From NCBI GenBank assembly GCA_937139605.1, contig CAKZQG010000011.1, positions 1-64,000 on the forward strand: 64,000 bases of DNA. The letters run 5' to 3'. The notes under the pieces are model-generated. The model was not told the origin of the DNA, ran no database searches, and saw nothing but the letters and a program-made list of their open reading frames with translations. Every line of letters starts with the position of its first letter. The stretch's first letter is position 1. The translations under genes and the position numbers were made by a program. The DNA comes from an uncultured bacterium (GTDB lineage Bacteria; DRYD01). Below, piece after piece: positions 61,386 through 64,000 of this stretch.

Positions 61386-61927
61386 TGAAAAACTTAAATA
61401 TAATTTTTAATATAAAAATATCCAAAATAAATTTCAAAGAATTCCAAAATAATATTTATAACTCTTTTTTCGAAAAAGATAAAAACAGAGATTATTTTCT
61501 AAATACCCTTTGGTACTTAGAAGAATTAATAGAATTACTTTTAGAATTATATAATTTACTTAATTTAAATATTCTAAAAGAAAATAATTTTAAAGAAAAT
61601 AATTTTAAAAATTTAATAATAGAACTTTCAGATACCTTAGCCTGGATATTTAGTATATTAAATTTAAATAAAATTAAAATAAATGAAATTTATATTTTCG
61701 ATAGTAGTCTTGATAATTTAAAGTTTTTCATATATAATTTACTTTATTCTAATTTATACTTAATAAAAGCAATTAAAAAAAAAGATTTAAAAAATATCAA
61801 AAACCAAGCATATTTAATTATATTTTATATAATAAAAATAAGCCATTTTTCAAAAATAGAAGTAGAATTGCTATTTAACAGATACAAAGTCTGCCCTAAA
61901 TGTAATAACAATAAATGTATATGCTAA
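61385..61927 (+). CDS. Hypothetical protein (180 aa) with C-terminal CPKCNNNKCIC cysteine cluster
   Basis: Start overlaps the recF-like stop (ATGA). No domain recognised. Confidence 0.3.
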   Translation: MKNLNIIFNIKISKINFKEFQNNIYNSFFEKDKNRDYFLNTLWYLEELIELLLELYNLLNLNILKENNFKENNFKNLIIELSDTLAWIFSILNLNKIKINEIYIFDSSLDNLKFFIYNLLYSNLYLIKAIKKKDLKNIKNQAYLIIFYIIKISHFSKIEVELLFNRYKVCPKCNNNKCIC

Positions 61928-62153
61928 TAAAAACTTTTAAAATTATATTTATCCTAAAATAATATCATAATCTTCTAAAATCTTTATATATTTTTTATAA
62001 AAATCAACTCTAAAATCACATCCTTTTATTTTAATACTGAACATTGTAAGATTACATAGAGGATTTTTCATTAGTTTTTTTTAATTAAATAATAGAGAAA
62101 ATTAAATAATAGAGAAAGTAATATTTTGCATTTAACAAAAAAGAAATTTATTT

Positions 62154-62776
62154 ATGAAAGAAGAAAAAAATCCCAAAAATAAGAAAAATGGTATGACTAT
62201 AATAGAAGTGGTTATATCTTTTACAATTGCATTAATATTAGTAATGGCATTATACAGTATAGTATATTGGGGATCAACTGGGTTTAGTGATTTAAATCAA
62301 AAACTAATAGATATAGCAAATTCTTCAATATTTATAAAAACAGAGCTAACTCAAAATGCAGGAAAATATTTCTATTTAGAACCAATAGCAGGTACTGAAG
62401 GACAATATATTTTAAAAATGAATGCTAATACACCTATTTATATAAAGTAGAAGTAGAAATCGAATATGAACATAAGAATATAATAAGAAAAAATGCTTTT
62501 GAAATATATTTAACAGCAAATTCCTTTAAAGTAGCACCTATAGGATTTAACACAATAGAGAGTATAAATGTCGGAACCTTTACAGTAGTTAGCCTTACAA
62601 ATACTATGAGCACAACAACTACATCGGGAGTCCCAATAACAGTAGGAACAGTATCAACAGATTTAACTTCAACTATAACAACTACTACTACTTCATATCA
62701 ACCCTGCGGTTATGTCTTACCAGGAGGATATACATGTGCACGTCCTAAAGGACATAAAGGACCTCATGCTTTCTAA
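62154..62776 (+). pseudogene. Prepilin-type (class III signal peptide) pilin/pseudopilin gene interrupted by -1 frame transition (frame 0 at 62154-62450, frame 2 at 62429-62776)
   Basis: N-term KKNGMTIIEVVISFTIALILVMAL (G|MTIIEV prepilin motif). The frame-2 continuation is open with no start codon and encodes a Thr-rich C-terminal part (TTTTSGVPITVGTVSTDLTSTITTTTTSYQPCGYVLPGGYTCARPKGHKGPHAF). Combined length ~205 aa. Confidence 0.45.
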
Positions 62777-62821
62777 TAACTAAAATACTTCATTAATAAA
62801 ACTACTAAAAATTATAAAAAA

Positions 62822-63736
62822 TCAGAATTCAATTTTAAAATTTATATTCTTTTTAAACAGTAAATCCTTAATTTCATTAGGATTATATTTTTTAGGGATA
62901 AAAAACATAAAAGTAGAACCACTACCAGATAATAAAAACTTATACTCATTTATACCTATCTCTTTTAAAATTTTTTCAACTTGTTCTTTTAAATGATTTA
63001 ACTGAGGATAATTATTTAAAACCACATCCTCAAATTCATTATAAAAAAAATCATAATTTAATACATTACTTTTAATCAAATTTAAAATAAAATTTTTAGT
63101 TTTTATTCCTATAAAATTTGAAAAAATTTCATTTGAAGTTAAAACTTTTTTATTTAGTAATAAGAAAGCTTCCTTAGTTAAAACTTTTATAGCAGGAAAA
63201 ATAAACAAAATATAATAAGGATTAATAAAATGGATATTTAAAGGAATAAGGATATCCTGCTTCCCAAAATTTAAAACTAAAATATCCTTTTTATATAAAA
63301 ATTTAAATAAATAAAGTACAAAAATAGGAAAAATATCAGAACCTAGTTTTAAAGATAAATTCTTTGCAATTTCAAAATTAATGATATTTTTAACAAAAAG
63401 GAAGAATAAAAAAGAAGCGGCATTAGCACTACCACCACCTAACCCCCCACCCACTGGTATCTTTTTAACTAATTTAATCTCTACTAAAAATTTCCCTATT
63501 TGTTTGTAATTATTTAATTCATTAACCAACTTAAATAAAATATTATCTTTTTTAAGTTCTTGATTATCTACATCTAAAACTATTTCCCATTTACTGTGTT
63601 TTTTAAAATTAATATAAATATCATCATAAATATTAACCAAAGTAAAAATAGAAGAAATATTATGATAATTGTCGTTCCTTTTTGAAAGAACTTCTAAAAC
63701 TAAATTAATTTTAGCATAAGATTTCAAATGTTCCAT
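62822..63736 (-). CDS. ispE: 4-diphosphocytidyl-2-C-methyl-D-erythritol kinase
   Basis: YAKINLVLEV N-term and KKIPVGGGLGGGSANAASFL GHMP motif characteristic of IspE. 304 aa. Confidence 0.8.
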   Translation of the reverse strand: MEHLKSYAKINLVLEVLSKRNDNYHNISSIFTLVNIYDDIYINFKKHSKWEIVLDVDNQELKKDNILFKLVNELNNYKQIGKFLVEIKLVKKIPVGGGLGGGSANAASFLFFLFVKNIINFEIAKNLSLKLGSDIFPIFVLYLFKFLYKKDILVLNFGKQDILIPLNIHFINPYYILFIFPAIKVLTKEAFLLLNKKVLTSNEIFSNFIGIKTKNFILNLIKSNVLNYDFFYNEFEDVVLNNYPQLNHLKEQVEKILKEIGINEYKFLLSGSGSTFMFFIPKKYNPNEIKDLLFKKNINFKIEF

Positions 63737-64000
63737 CCTATTAAATACTATTTAATGTTGGTTTTCCAATTCATTGCAAAGATACCACATACATTTGCTT
63801 ACAATCTATTAGTCTTATAGTGCCAGCTTTAAAATTTTTAGTTCCAAAATGCTTTATCAATAGTCTTTATCATATACTGATTTTTATCTAAATCATTTTA
63901 GCTTTTATAAAATACTTATCCAGATATCATAGAATATTGAGATTACTTTCTAATATCTGTTAAAAAATAAAACTTAAAGCTAATTTAGAAAATACAGCTA

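Noticed and set aside
1-64000. Alternative genetic code (UGA recoding, codes 4/25) suggested by extreme AT content and Asn-rich proteins
   Set aside because: Standard-code translation yields intact ORFs of 800-1200 aa with correct motifs, and TGA is used as a terminal stop (for example the first recF-like ORF). No in-frame TGA is needed inside conserved genes.
1-64000. CRISPR arrays, rRNA genes, IS elements/transposases, integrases
   Set aside because: No regularly spaced direct repeats with unique spacers, no rRNA-like conserved stretches, and no DDE/tyrosine-recombinase motifs were seen in any frame.

Overview
Bacterial chromosomal segment from a very AT-rich genome with an Asn/Lys/Ile-rich proteome, tightly packed and mostly minus-strand in the first 50 kb. 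Taxon cannot be assigned from this window (no rRNA). Standard code appears to apply: long ORFs are intact and TGA is used as a stop. Housekeeping genes recognised: lepA, NADP-isocitrate dehydrogenase, htpX, htrA, copA-type P1B ATPase, K+-independent H+-pyrophosphatase, recR, lspA, ssb, recF-like (split), ispE, rpmI, ferredoxin, tRNA-Gly(UCC), tRNA-Pro(GGG). Two flagellar rod loci are present: flgB-fliE-flgC at 1.5-2.8 kb, and flgF-flgG plus a FlgJ rod-binding-domain protein at 51.8-54 kb. A type IV pilus / pseudopilin-like operon runs from 12.4 to 21.1 kb (PilT, an unusual Zn-ribbon/coiled-coil/propeller-like protein, HtrA, three prepilin-type proteins). A Hanks-type Ser/Thr kinase has a truncated paralog at the window edge. 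A compositionally distinct defence island lies at 43.6-51.8 kb: a 1196-aa gamma-class N6-adenine methyltransferase (PglX/type IIG-like), a PLD-nuclease/SNF2-helicase fusion, an AlbA_2 remnant and a DUF2283/DUF4258 pair. Most notable non-coding signal: a ~125-nt conserved cassette (TATAAT box, two mutually crossing helices, palindromic terminator-like hairpin) found three times, each time immediately 5' of a start codon (icd, flgJ-like, a membrane protein). Three genes are interrupted by -1 frame transitions (one at a T10 tract). Line-derived coordinates of RNA genes and repeats may be off by 1 nt.
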